Shown in pieces: positions 47,770 to 56,928 of a stretch of 64,000 nucleotides of DNA. The DNA is taken from contig JACPKP010000002.1 in assembly GCA_016186955.1 (NCBI GenBank), forward strand, positions 5,566-69,565, in the 5' to 3' direction. Under the pieces are notes generated by a model that was given only the letters and a program-made list of their open reading frames with translations, was not told where the DNA came from and did no database searches. The DNA is from Candidatus Daviesbacteria bacterium. GTDB lineage: Bacteria; Patescibacteriota; Microgenomatia; Daviesbacterales; UBA10151. The translations under genes and the position numbers were made by a program. Each line of letters starts with the position of its first letter. Positions within the stretch are counted from its first letter, which is position 1.

Positions 47770-47773
47770 GCCC

Positions 47774-47804
47774 AAAAAATCCCGCCCTAAAAAGGGCGGG
47801 ATTT
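47774..47804 (-). terminator. Terminator of the convergent DUF378 gene
   Basis: ATCCCGCCCT-N4-AGGGCGGGAT with a T run on the minus strand. Confidence 0.85.
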
Positions 47805-47827
47805 GGATAATTACCTGGAAACTAAAA

Positions 47828-48043
47828 TTATTTTTTAGCGCCGCAGATTTTGCAATCCTGCATGTGTGTAAACCCCAAATATACCGCTGCAACCCCCACC
47901 AGAATATACACCAGTTTTTCCAACCCCAATGAACCAAAAATAGCGCTTACCAAATTAAAATCAAAAAGCCCCATTAAACCCCAATTGAGCGCGCCAACTA
48001 ACACCAGCGTAAATACCACCATATGTAGCATTTTGTTATTCAT
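47828..48043 (-). CDS. DUF378 membrane protein
   Basis: LVLVGALNWGLMGLFDFNLVSAIFG...VYILVGVAAVY. Confidence 0.9.
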   Translation of the reverse strand: MNNKMLHMVVFTLVLVGALNWGLMGLFDFNLVSAIFGSLGLEKLVYILVGVAAVYLGFTHMQDCKICGAKK

Positions 48044-48075
48044 ACTCCTCACCTCCCTCTTGATATACATTGTAC

Positions 48076-48738
48076 TCATACTTTGATTATTTTTTCTACA
48101 AGCATTGTCAGCCCCAACTTATCCCCTATCAATCCGTTTTTTATTTTAAAATCAGTTTCCAGCGCTTCTTTATACAAAAAGGTAATTTTTTCCAGTCTAA
48201 AATTTTTTTTCTGAAGCTCAATTTTTTTAGCTATAAATGGGGGAAGTTTTTTTACAGGCAAAATTAACCTTCTCAACATATAAAAAATCATTGTCAAAAC
48301 ATACTGCCCACCCCATTCTTCAAGATAATTTTCCAGCTGCCCAAAAGCGCCGCCTTTTTTTTCTGCCAGCATATCCAAAAATGGAAATATATTAGTTTCA
48401 CCCTTTTCTTCAAATAAAATTACCTGGGGTTTGGAAGATGCCGTTGATTTTAAAATTTCACTTGAGGCGGTAAGTTTTTTATTTGACTTTAAGACAACAG
48501 TTAAATTTTCATCCTCGGGTAGCCCGGTTAATTTAAAACCGGGATCAAAACCCTCCAATATCACCAGGCGTTTATCGGAAAAAAGCTGGGGAGTTGCAAT
48601 TGCAGCCAGAACCTGCCCCAATCCCACATCCTTACAATTGAGCTCAGTAATAGATATTTGGTCAAATCCTTTTTTAATAGCGGAAAGTTTATGCGATAGC
48701 GCAGACAAACCACTGCCATGCATGATTATTAAATTCAT
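48076..48738 (-). CDS. holA: DNA polymerase III delta subunit-like protein (short)
   Basis: TPQLFSDKRLVILE, NIFPFLD, ALETDFKIKNG. Confidence 0.65.
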   Translation of the reverse strand: MNLIIMHGSGLSALSHKLSAIKKGFDQISITELNCKDVGLGQVLAAIATPQLFSDKRLVILEGFDPGFKLTGLPEDENLTVVLKSNKKLTASSEILKSTASSKPQVILFEEKGETNIFPFLDMLAEKKGGAFGQLENYLEEWGGQYVLTMIFYMLRRLILPVKKLPPFIAKKIELQKKNFRLEKITFLYKEALETDFKIKNGLIGDKLGLTMLVEKIIKV

Positions 48739-48765
48739 GAAAGAATTATACCAACAATAATCCTG

Positions 48766-49815
48766 TTAGGGAATTTTTGTAACATAAACCATCAGGTAAC
48801 TACTGTCCGAAAGCTGCACTACCGCCGGGTCTTTAAGAACGCCTGTTTCAAAACCTGAGTTATGGTTTATGCTTAAGCGCACACCCTCTTCGGCTACCCA
48901 ATCTTTTCCATCCTTTGAAAAAAAAGATACAATTGTTTTATTGCCAAAACCATACGCCCTATATCCTCCTAACGCAGGAATAAGATTGGCTACTATGTAT
49001 CCCTTCCCATCTTTTATGAATTCCTTGTATTCTTTTTGGGTAAAGGATATTCCATCCTGTGAGACGGCGTACCATCCCTTTTCCGACCCACCTCCTCCGG
49101 CAAAGAGATGCCAACCAGAAGAAGTTTGCAAAATAGAAGGATCAAGTACAGCTTTTCCTGCACCGGAAAACGCTATCCCCATTTTGGTAAAATTGATGCC
49201 GTCTATTCCTTCGGCATAGTAGGTTCGAGGACCCAAACCGTCTTCAGGGTCAGATGTCACATACAACCTAAAAGTACCATCCTCTAATATTTGGACGTCG
49301 GGATCAACTGCAGCAGCCATCCCCCCTTCAAACCCGGTCAAACTAAGTTTTTTAAAAACCCAGCTTTTCCCATTGTCATCAGAAATAGCTACTGCCGATT
49401 TATTTTGCTCATCAGCCACTGTCCAACCGACATAATAAAGATAGATCCTACCGTTTTTGTCAACGGTTAAATCAGGAACATCCCCCTGGTCAGTAATCAC
49501 TTGGTTGGTCCTGGTGAAATTTAACCCGTCTGTTGAAGTGGCCGACATCAGACGCATTGACCAGGGACCGTTTGCGCCCGGCCCCGTAGTTTTACCAACT
49601 GGCGGGGTAAATTCGGCAGCTTTTTGCTTATGTTTTTCACCTCCTTGTTGGTTTACCGCTTCTTGCAAAGATGACGGGTGTTGGATTCGCGGGGTTTCCT
49701 GTTTTTGGGCTATCAAAAACCCCACCGCTCCTGCAGCAAAGAAAGCTACAGTTATAACTGTTACTAAAAATATGGCAAACCCTTTTTGGGTTATAGCCTC
49801 ATTGTTAATACTCAT
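48766..49815 (-). CDS. Exported beta-propeller / glycoside-hydrolase-like protein with Asp-box repeats
   Basis: QKGF plus TM helix; STDGLNF, SDDNGKSW, SQDGISF, SKDGKDW, DP motifs. Confidence 0.7.
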   Translation of the reverse strand: MSINNEAITQKGFAIFLVTVITVAFFAAGAVGFLIAQKQETPRIQHPSSLQEAVNQQGGEKHKQKAAEFTPPVGKTTGPGANGPWSMRLMSATSTDGLNFTRTNQVITDQGDVPDLTVDKNGRIYLYYVGWTVADEQNKSAVAISDDNGKSWVFKKLSLTGFEGGMAAAVDPDVQILEDGTFRLYVTSDPEDGLGPRTYYAEGIDGINFTKMGIAFSGAGKAVLDPSILQTSSGWHLFAGGGGSEKGWYAVSQDGISFTQKEYKEFIKDGKGYIVANLIPALGGYRAYGFGNKTIVSFFSKDGKDWVAEEGVRLSINHNSGFETGVLKDPAVVQLSDSSYLMVYVTKIP

Positions 49816-50108
49816 TTGACAGGAGGCGGAGTTCCAACCGACGGATTTTCTTGACCTTCCCGCCTGGGTGCAGGACTACCCGACCCTATGCCTGATGCAT
49901 TGGGGCCTTGGTTAGATCCTTTCGGAGGCCCCAGGTTTTCCCTTGGTTGTCGGTCATCAGTTGTACCTTCTTTAGATTGTATCCCAAAAGGAGATTGGTT
50001 TTGCCCTTTGGGAATTGTTACCCTGCCTAAGTAAAACCCGACTCCCCCGGCAACAATAAGCCCAATCATAACCCAAGTCACTATTAATGCTTTGGCTGCT
50101 GTTGACAA
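49812..50108 (-). CDS. Small membrane protein with a Pro/Gly-rich tail
   Basis: TTG start 8 nt after AGGAGG; TM helix ending GVGFYLG. Confidence 0.6.
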   Translation of the reverse strand: MSTAAKALIVTWVMIGLIVAGGVGFYLGRVTIPKGQNQSPFGIQSKEGTTDDRQPRENLGPPKGSNQGPNASGIGSGSPAPRREGQENPSVGTPPPVK

Positions 50109-50128
50109 ATTATCCACCTCCTCTACTA

Positions 50129-51070
50129 TTAAAAAGTCGCATAATATATGCCTTTGGTATGCTGGCCGTAGTACATAAACCACTTGCCGTTTATTTTCAT
50201 AATTGTCGGATCACCGGGGGGATTGGGAGAAAATTTAGCCATTGGATCCTCCTTATCTGTTGTAAAGTCAAAAATCGGCTGGGAAAAAATCCCATCTTTG
50301 TAAACAACATGGAAAACACCGGCATAACTCCAAATGTAAACCCTTAATTCTCCATTGTCCCATTTAACCCATTCGGCGCCATCGACAGCTCCAAGCAGCG
50401 TTTCATTTCTTGAATCAATAGCCAACCCTTTCTTTTCAAAAGTTAACCCGTCTTTTGAAGTCGCCCAAAAATAAATGCCGGTTGTTTGGTTCGGAACCTT
50501 GTCTGCGGTTTTAAAAACTTCATTGATGACGCCTCGGTAAAGCATAATGAAAATACCATCATCCAACCTGTATGTCCCCTGGGCGCCTATATTATCTAAT
50601 GTAAACCCCAGTTCGCTATTCGTAACCCTCACGCCCGGCTCATCCGTCCAAGTTAAGCCGTCTTTGGAAACAGCGCTTTTTATAATTCCTGCATTTTGGA
50701 AATACATCCTCCATGTACCGTCAGCCAGCTTAACTACATCAGGAAAAGTCACCATTTCTTTGCGGATTCCTCCTTCCTTTGTCCAATTAATACCGTTTGT
50801 TGAAGTTGAGGAATAAATTTCTAAATTATTTCCGGGAACTTCCGGTTCAACGGAATAATACATCCTGTATTTATCATCACCGATGTCAACCACTTCCGCA
50901 TCGGCATATCCCCCCGCAATTGCCACTCCACCTTCTTTCCACCCAGACTTCTTATCTTGTACAGTTTCCACTTTTTCTGTTTGGGGCGAAGATTTTGGCA
51001 CTACGGATTGTTTTAGAAAACCTAAGAGCAAAAAGGCAGTAACAATTGCAATAACTACAATTATTATCAC
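50129..51070 (-). CDS. Exported beta-propeller protein with Asp-box repeats, related to 48766-49815
   Basis: STNGINW, SKDGLTW, SKDGLTF, GDPTI; start uncertain. Confidence 0.7.
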   Translation of the reverse strand: MIIIVVIAIVTAFLLLGFLKQSVVPKSSPQTEKVETVQDKKSGWKEGGVAIAGGYADAEVVDIGDDKYRMYYSVEPEVPGNNLEIYSSTSTNGINWTKEGGIRKEMVTFPDVVKLADGTWRMYFQNAGIIKSAVSKDGLTWTDEPGVRVTNSELGFTLDNIGAQGTYRLDDGIFIMLYRGVINEVFKTADKVPNQTTGIYFWATSKDGLTFEKKGLAIDSRNETLLGAVDGAEWVKWDNGELRVYIWSYAGVFHVVYKDGIFSQPIFDFTTDKEDPMAKFSPNPPGDPTIMKINGKWFMYYGQHTKGIYYATF

Positions 51071-51180
51071 CAGTGGGGCAGACCCCTTCGACTCGTTCCA
51101 AACCCTTCGGGCAGGACTTTTTTCTATTACTTTTTAAGTATAGCAAATAATATTAGATGTCTATATCCTATGAACGAAGA

Positions 51181-52347
51181 CTATTTCTCAAGCTCCCCTT
51201 TGATAAACTCTTTAATAATTGAAAAATCATTACCAGGCGGTATTAAAACGTATGCTCCTCCATAATCGGCAGCAGGAGGATTGATTAATATTGATTTTCC
51301 AGTCCCCAAATCCCCTAACACTAAACTTTTAACCCCATCAACATCTTTGACCAACTTATAAAAATCCAGAAACCTTTCCAGCGGAATATCTGTCTCAAAG
51401 CTCTTCCCGAAAGTTTTAATAAGTTCGCTTATTTTTTGCGGATTAGTCAATGTTTGTATTGACAAAACCTTATCCCTAAAAGACTGCAGGACCAGTTGCT
51501 GCCTGCGGGAACGGGCAAAATCAGACCCTTCACTGTTTGTCCCCATCCTTGAACGCACAAATTTTAAAGCCTCTGCACCGTCCATATGTTGGATACCCTG
51601 CTCAAAATGGATGTGTTCAAAACGGCATCCAAAATCAGCAGCGCTGGTTGCAATTTTTTCCTGTAAGTCCACCAAGACTTTGTTTTTGCCTGGTTTTAAA
51701 TTCAGGGACGGGGCATTTAAATCCTGTATCTGGCCTGCAGAAAGTTCAACGTCTTTTTCTACCAACCCGCAAAGTTCGTCTTCTTTGCCTTCAATAGGGT
51801 AGTTGAAGTCATCAAAAGTTTTAGGGATTTTAACATCGATACCTTCCACAAGGTCAATGGCCCTGGCAAAGCCACTAAAATCAAGCCTCACCCCGTAATG
51901 GATGGGAACACCTAATATGTCATCAATCTTATCTTCGGCAAACTTCAAACCATTACCCTCGTTTTTAGGGCTAAGGCCTATTTCATAAGCGGCATTGACT
52001 TTAGCGGATATTGAAGAAAGCCATAAATCCCTTGGCACGGATATTAAAATTACCTGGTGGGTTTTAAGGTGATAGGACGCTATGATCATAGAATCTGTCA
52101 ACTGTGCGCCTGCATGGGTTCCGCCTGCAATACCAAGCAATAAAACATTAACCCGATCATTGGTGGATTTGAGGCCGCTGTTTGAAAAAACAAACTGAAA
52201 GACTGAAGATGTTGAGGTTAAAATAGACCAAACAACAACACAGCCAATTATTATTGAAACCGCAACCAGGAGTTTTTCAAATTTTTTTGCAAAAAAACCA
52301 CTGGTCTGGGTTTGTTGTAGTTTTAGTTTTTTTAGTTTAAAATCCAC
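51181..52347 (-). CDS. LCP (LytR-CpsA-Psr) family protein
   Basis: NVLLLG, TDSMII, ISVPRDLW, KVNAAY, ALKFVRSR, SDFARSRRQQ. Confidence 0.93.
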   Translation of the reverse strand: MDFKLKKLKLQQTQTSGFFAKKFEKLLVAVSIIIGCVVVWSILTSTSSVFQFVFSNSGLKSTNDRVNVLLLGIAGGTHAGAQLTDSMIIASYHLKTHQVILISVPRDLWLSSISAKVNAAYEIGLSPKNEGNGLKFAEDKIDDILGVPIHYGVRLDFSGFARAIDLVEGIDVKIPKTFDDFNYPIEGKEDELCGLVEKDVELSAGQIQDLNAPSLNLKPGKNKVLVDLQEKIATSAADFGCRFEHIHFEQGIQHMDGAEALKFVRSRMGTNSEGSDFARSRRQQLVLQSFRDKVLSIQTLTNPQKISELIKTFGKSFETDIPLERFLDFYKLVKDVDGVKSLVLGDLGTGKSILINPPAADYGGAYVLIPPGNDFSIIKEFIKGELEK

Positions 52348-53008
52348 TGCACTCCTTGATAATTTTTAGGAATTCCTGAGGGTCCAGAGAAGATTTTCCA
52401 ATCAGCAGCCCGCTGATATTCTCCTGGTTTACAAAATCTTTGCAGTTTGCGCTGGTAGCGCTCCCGCCGTATAAAACTTCCAAGTCTTGACCATACTTGT
52501 CTTTCAAGGCCTTGGCAATTAGGTTAGCATTTTCAGGTGTATCAGGATTACCTGTGCCTATGGCAAAAACAGGCTCATAGGCTGCTAGTTTACATTTACC
52601 AGGTATAGGCACATCCGATCCCTGGACACAAACCAAGGGTATGATATCATGCGCTATGGCTTCATCCACTTTTTTTGCAACCATCTCATCCGTTTCATGA
52701 AAATTTTGTCTTCTTTCCGAGTGGCCTAAGATAGCCAAATCCACAAATTGCTTTAATATTGAGGCTGCCTCCTCACCTGTATAAGCGCCTTCCTCAAAAG
52801 GTGACAGGTCCTGGGATCCCACGAGCATTTGATAATTTCCCACCTTAATTTTTTTTGCCACCTCTTCCAGGGAACTAAATGTGGGACAAACCACGACTTT
52901 CAAGTTTTCCCCCTTTACCAACTTAGGCCCCACCTGCTCCACCCATTCCAAAACCTCCATCAAATTCTTATTGGATTTGAAATTAGCAATAATCCACAAA
53001 TGCTTCAT
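52337..53008 (-). CDS. tpiA: Triosephosphate isomerase
   Basis: ANFK, GAYTGE, LGHSERR, AYEPVFAIGTG, LYGGS. Confidence 0.95.
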   Translation of the reverse strand: MKHLWIIANFKSNKNLMEVLEWVEQVGPKLVKGENLKVVVCPTFSSLEEVAKKIKVGNYQMLVGSQDLSPFEEGAYTGEEAASILKQFVDLAILGHSERRQNFHETDEMVAKKVDEAIAHDIIPLVCVQGSDVPIPGKCKLAAYEPVFAIGTGNPDTPENANLIAKALKDKYGQDLEVLYGGSATSANCKDFVNQENISGLLIGKSSLDPQEFLKIIKECSGF

Positions 53009-53209
53009 AATTTTAAATTTAAAATTTTTAATTTGAACTGAAATTTAAATTTTTAAAATTAAACAAATGAAAATTCATTGAAAATTGAGAATTCGAAGTT
53101 CATTTATGAACTTCTCCAATCCATCCATACTTTTTCAAGTCTATCAGAATAAGTAGTCACCTTGCCATAAGGAATTTTTTTACAATCTGAATAATCTTTT
53201 GTTTAAAGT

Positions 53210-53467
53210 TCAGCTGGTGAGCAGCTTAATTAGTTCTGCTTTAGGAGTAACTCCAATTTTTCTTGCTATCTCCTTGCCGTCTTTTTCTATGATATATGTC
53301 GGTATACTCATCACCCCATACTGTGAGGCTTTTTGGGGATTTTCATCAACATTGATTTTTTCCACCTCAATCTTATCCCCCAATTCCTTTTCAATCTCCT
53401 CAATAACAGGGTTCATTATTTTACATGGCCCGCACCAAGGAGCCCAAAAATCTAAAAGCTTAACCAT
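53210..53467 (-). CDS. trxA: Thioredoxin
   Basis: DFWAPWCGPCK, VMSIPT. Confidence 0.93.
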   Translation of the reverse strand: MVKLLDFWAPWCGPCKIMNPVIEEIEKELGDKIEVEKINVDENPQKASQYGVMSIPTYIIEKDGKEIARKIGVTPKAELIKLLTS

Positions 53468-53549
53468 ATTGGATAAAGATCATAACATGAAAAAAGAGAA
53501 CTGGAAAGTGGCATTTAATGAAACAGGCCCTTGCTTAGTAATGTTCTTT

Positions 53550-53852
53550 CTAAATCTGAATGTCTGGAAAGGAGTTTTTGATAAATGCTTTTATCTCTTT
53601 CAGATAACCTCCATGTCGTCTATCTATTTCTTGTCCATCCTCCATAGTGATGAACGTGGGTACACCTATAATATCAAACTGCTGCTTGATTGACTCAACA
53701 AAATGATGATTATTATCAGGATCTATATTAATCTCTTCATAAATTATTCCATTTGGTTCTAAAACCTCTTGTTTAAGTTTTTCAATAATGGGCTTCATCC
53801 CTGTACATGGTCCGCACCAATCTGCATAAAAATCTAACAGTTTTCTCTCCAT
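53550..53852 (-). CDS. Second thioredoxin-family protein
   Basis: MERKLLDFYADWCGPC, GVPTF. Confidence 0.85.
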   Translation of the reverse strand: MERKLLDFYADWCGPCTGMKPIIEKLKQEVLEPNGIIYEEINIDPDNNHHFVESIKQQFDIIGVPTFITMEDGQEIDRRHGGYLKEIKAFIKNSFPDIQI

Positions 53853-53856
53853 AAAA

Positions 53857-54018
53857 TTATAGCTCTCTAATACGTAATCTTGCTTCCGTGATATTTTCTT
53901 CTGCCTGTTCAAACCGCTTTACCAATTCAGGGAGTCTATTTAACATAATTTTTTTGAATTTTCTTAAATCTTCCAACTCTTGCCTCTCTTTTCCATCCAG
54001 TGGTTCTGTTTCTAACAT
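53857..54018 (-). CDS. Small coiled-coil hypothetical protein (53 aa)
   Basis: Manually translated MLETEPLDGKERQELEDL...RIREL*; ends 4 nt before the thioredoxin start. Confidence 0.5.
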   Translation of the reverse strand: MLETEPLDGKERQELEDLRKFKKIMLNRLPELVKRFEQAEENITEARLRIREL

Positions 54019-54113
54019 TAGGTATAAAGATATACCATTTTTTGTGCTTTGTCAAACATACAGTGTGGTGTTATAATTTTTCTTCGATCGAAGCGGAGCA
54101 GTACATTGTTTAT

Positions 54114-56162
54114 ATGCCCAATTTACTTGATGATTTAAACCCTATCCAACAGAAAGCAGTCCAAACCACAGAGGGTCCGACCCTAATCCTGGCTGGAGCA
54201 GGTTCAGGAAAAACGCGGGTTTTAACTTATAAAGTGGCTTTTCTAATCTCCGAGAAAAAAATCCAACCGGAAAATATTTTAGTTGTGACTTTCACCAACA
54301 AAGCCAGCGGCGAAATGAAAAATCGCATCCTCAATTTGCTCTCCAACAACCAACAACCAGTAACCAGTAACCAACCTGTGATGGGTACATTCCATTCCAT
54401 CTGCGCCAAAATCCTGCGCCGCGAAGGCCACAATATCGGCCTTAGTATTTCCTTTACAATCTACGATGAAAACGACGCCATGGATGCGGTAAAACTTGCC
54501 ATGGGTAATTTAAACATAGCCACCAAACAGGTAAATCCGGGCGCTGTCAGACATACAATTTCCGGCGCCAAAAATGAACTGGTTTCCGAACTTGAATATC
54601 CCCAATATGCCCGCGGTTTTTTCCAGGAAACTGCCGCTAAAATTTATCTGGAATATCAAAAAATCTTAAGGGAAAACCAGGCATTGGATTTTGATGATCT
54701 ACTCATGAAAACTATCCAGCTTTTTCAGACCGTTCCAATAGTCCTCACCCGTTACCAAAACCAATTTAAATATGTTTTGGTTGATGAATACCAAGACACC
54801 AACGCTGCCCAATACCAGTTAATTAAACTCCTGGTTCAAAGATACAGGAATATATGTGTAGTTGGTGATGCTTCCCAGGCAATTTATGGTTTCAGGGGAG
54901 CAGATTTTCGCAACATTGTTAATTTCCAAAAAGACTATCCGGAAACTAAAGTGTTTAACCTGGAGCAAAATTACCGTTCAACCCAAATTATTTTGGATGT
55001 AGCCCAGGCCGTAATTTCTGAAAATAAACTTCACCCAATTCTAAAACTTTGGACAGAAAAAAAAGTGGGTCCCAAAATTGCCGTCTATCAGGCTAGATCT
55101 GAAGTGGATGAGGCTGTCTTTATTTTAGATGAGATCAGGAAGTTTGCGAGGGGTGGCGGAGGACGGGGAGCCCCATCAACCGCCCGCATCCTGAGTGACC
55201 GAAGGGAGTCGAATGAGAGGACGTCGGATGGGGCTGTCCTCCGACAGGACCCCGAGCAAAATACATTAACCCTTGCTGATTTTGCAATTTTGTACAGAAC
55301 CAATGCCCAATCCCGGGCAATTGAAGAAGTTTTCCTGAAGGCTGGCGTACCTTATAGACTGGTTGGTGGCGTCCAGTTTTATGAGAGAAGAGAGATCAAA
55401 GATGTTTTGGCTTATCTTAGATTAGCAGCAAATCCCAAGGACTCTGTTGCCAAAAAAAGGATCGAAAAATTAGGCAAAGGCCGCGCCCAAAAATTTTATG
55501 AACTGGCAGACGTCATTGCGAGCGGAGCGAAGCAATTTCAAAAAAACGAGATTGCCACGTCCTCCGATGTCCATCGGAGTCCTCGCAATGACGGATACCA
55601 CACTTTACAGCTCATGGACTTAATCCTAGAAAAAACAGGCTATTTAGAATATCTTGATGACGGGACAGAACAGGGCAGGTCCAGAATTGAAAATGTTAAA
55701 GAACTCCGTTCTGTGGCGGAACAATTTCCCAATTTAGTACAGTTTTTAGAAAATGTAGCTTTAGTACAGGATAATTACCATCCAGACCAACAATCAACAA
55801 CCAACACCCAACTACCAACTGACGCAGTGACTTTAATGACCTTACATGCCTCCAAAGGTCTGGAATTCCCCACAGTTTTTATTGTTGGCATGGAGGAAGG
55901 TTTATTCCCTCATTCCAGATCTATGCTAAACTCCAATGAAATGGAAGAGGAAAGAAGGCTGGCTTATGTGGGAATTACCAGGGCAAAACAACAACTTTAC
56001 CTAACCTATACCAGGACCAGGCTTTATTTTGGCACCAGGTCTAATAATTTAGTTTCCAGATTTTTAGGTTCGATTCCTGAAAATTTACTGGATCAAAAAT
56101 TTTCTTCAAAACTTATTGACCCCGATCTAATCGGGGTTGACGAAGATGATTGGCTTAATTAA
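54114..56162 (+). CDS. pcrA: UvrD/PcrA DNA helicase
   Basis: LAGAGSGKTRVL, VDEYQDTN, VGDASQAIYGFRGA, LEQNYRS, LYRTNAQSR, LHASKGLEF, EEERRLAYVGITRA. Confidence 0.96.
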   Translation: MPNLLDDLNPIQQKAVQTTEGPTLILAGAGSGKTRVLTYKVAFLISEKKIQPENILVVTFTNKASGEMKNRILNLLSNNQQPVTSNQPVMGTFHSICAKILRREGHNIGLSISFTIYDENDAMDAVKLAMGNLNIATKQVNPGAVRHTISGAKNELVSELEYPQYARGFFQETAAKIYLEYQKILRENQALDFDDLLMKTIQLFQTVPIVLTRYQNQFKYVLVDEYQDTNAAQYQLIKLLVQRYRNICVVGDASQAIYGFRGADFRNIVNFQKDYPETKVFNLEQNYRSTQIILDVAQAVISENKLHPILKLWTEKKVGPKIAVYQARSEVDEAVFILDEIRKFARGGGGRGAPSTARILSDRRESNERTSDGAVLRQDPEQNTLTLADFAILYRTNAQSRAIEEVFLKAGVPYRLVGGVQFYERREIKDVLAYLRLAANPKDSVAKKRIEKLGKGRAQKFYELADVIASGAKQFQKNEIATSSDVHRSPRNDGYHTLQLMDLILEKTGYLEYLDDGTEQGRSRIENVKELRSVAEQFPNLVQFLENVALVQDNYHPDQQSTTNTQLPTDAVTLMTLHASKGLEFPTVFIVGMEEGLFPHSRSMLNSNEMEEERRLAYVGITRAKQQLYLTYTRTRLYFGTRSNNLVSRFLGSIPENLLDQKFSSKLIDPDLIGVDEDDWLN

Positions 56163-56178
56163 TATTAGCTAAAAATCA

Positions 56179-56928
56179 ATGGATCAACTACTGGGAGCCG
56201 TATTGGTTTTTATCTCCACACTAACAGGCCAGCGTATCCTGGGGGTTGCAACTCAAGATCTAGAACCTTTTGTCCAAGAAGTTCTGGAGATCTCCCAACC
56301 GATTAAAACAGAGTCCCGGTTTGAAGAAAAACTCTCCACCCAATCTGCCACTATTTCCAAAAAAACTGTTTATAAGGATGACCCGGAAACTGAAGCCGGA
56401 ATAGATACTGTGCTGGATGAAGGAGCAAATGGCAAAAAAATTATTACCTACAAAATAACCTACTACCATGCCAACACCTCGGATGGTGGCACTGAGCGTA
56501 GCCGAAGTGACTCCTCCGAGGTGAAACAGAAAAAAGAAGAATATTCCCGCGAGCTTGTCTCTATCCAAACTATTGACCCTCAAGACAAAATCATCTCAAG
56601 AGGCACTAAAATTGTCTGGCATACCTTAGACACCCCTGAAGGCCCAATACAATACTGGAAAAAAATGCGGGTTTACGCCACTCATTATGATTCCAGGTGT
56701 CCGGGGTGTAATGAGTGGACAGCTATCGGCATGAGAGCTGGCAAAGGTGTGATAGCTGTTGATCCAGCTGTAATCAAAATGAAATCCAAAGTTTACATAC
56801 CGGGATATGGTCAAGCAATAGCCGGAGATACTGGAGGAGCCATCAAAGGAAACATTATTGATCTAGGCTTCGACGACGCCCGCACCGCGGGTTGGACCGC
56901 CCATTTTATAGATATTTACCTACTCTAA
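56179..56928 (+). CDS. G5 + 3D domain cell-wall protein
   Basis: G5-like region; VIAVDPAVI...YIPGYG.AIAGDTGGAIKGNIIDL. Confidence 0.9.
   Translation: MDQLLGAVLVFISTLTGQRILGVATQDLEPFVQEVLEISQPIKTESRFEEKLSTQSATISKKTVYKDDPETEAGIDTVLDEGANGKKIITYKITYYHANTSDGGTERSRSDSSEVKQKKEEYSRELVSIQTIDPQDKIISRGTKIVWHTLDTPEGPIQYWKKMRVYATHYDSRCPGCNEWTAIGMRAGKGVIAVDPAVIKMKSKVYIPGYGQAIAGDTGGAIKGNIIDLGFDDARTAGWTAHFIDIYLL

Noticed and set aside
46339-47772. Integron attC sites or a CRISPR array
   Set aside because: No RYYYAAC...GTTRRRY bounding boxes and no intI. There are only two long copies 1.3 kb apart and no cas genes.
53100-53200. Possible gene remnant between trxA and tpiA
   Set aside because: Only very short frames with no recognisable similarity.
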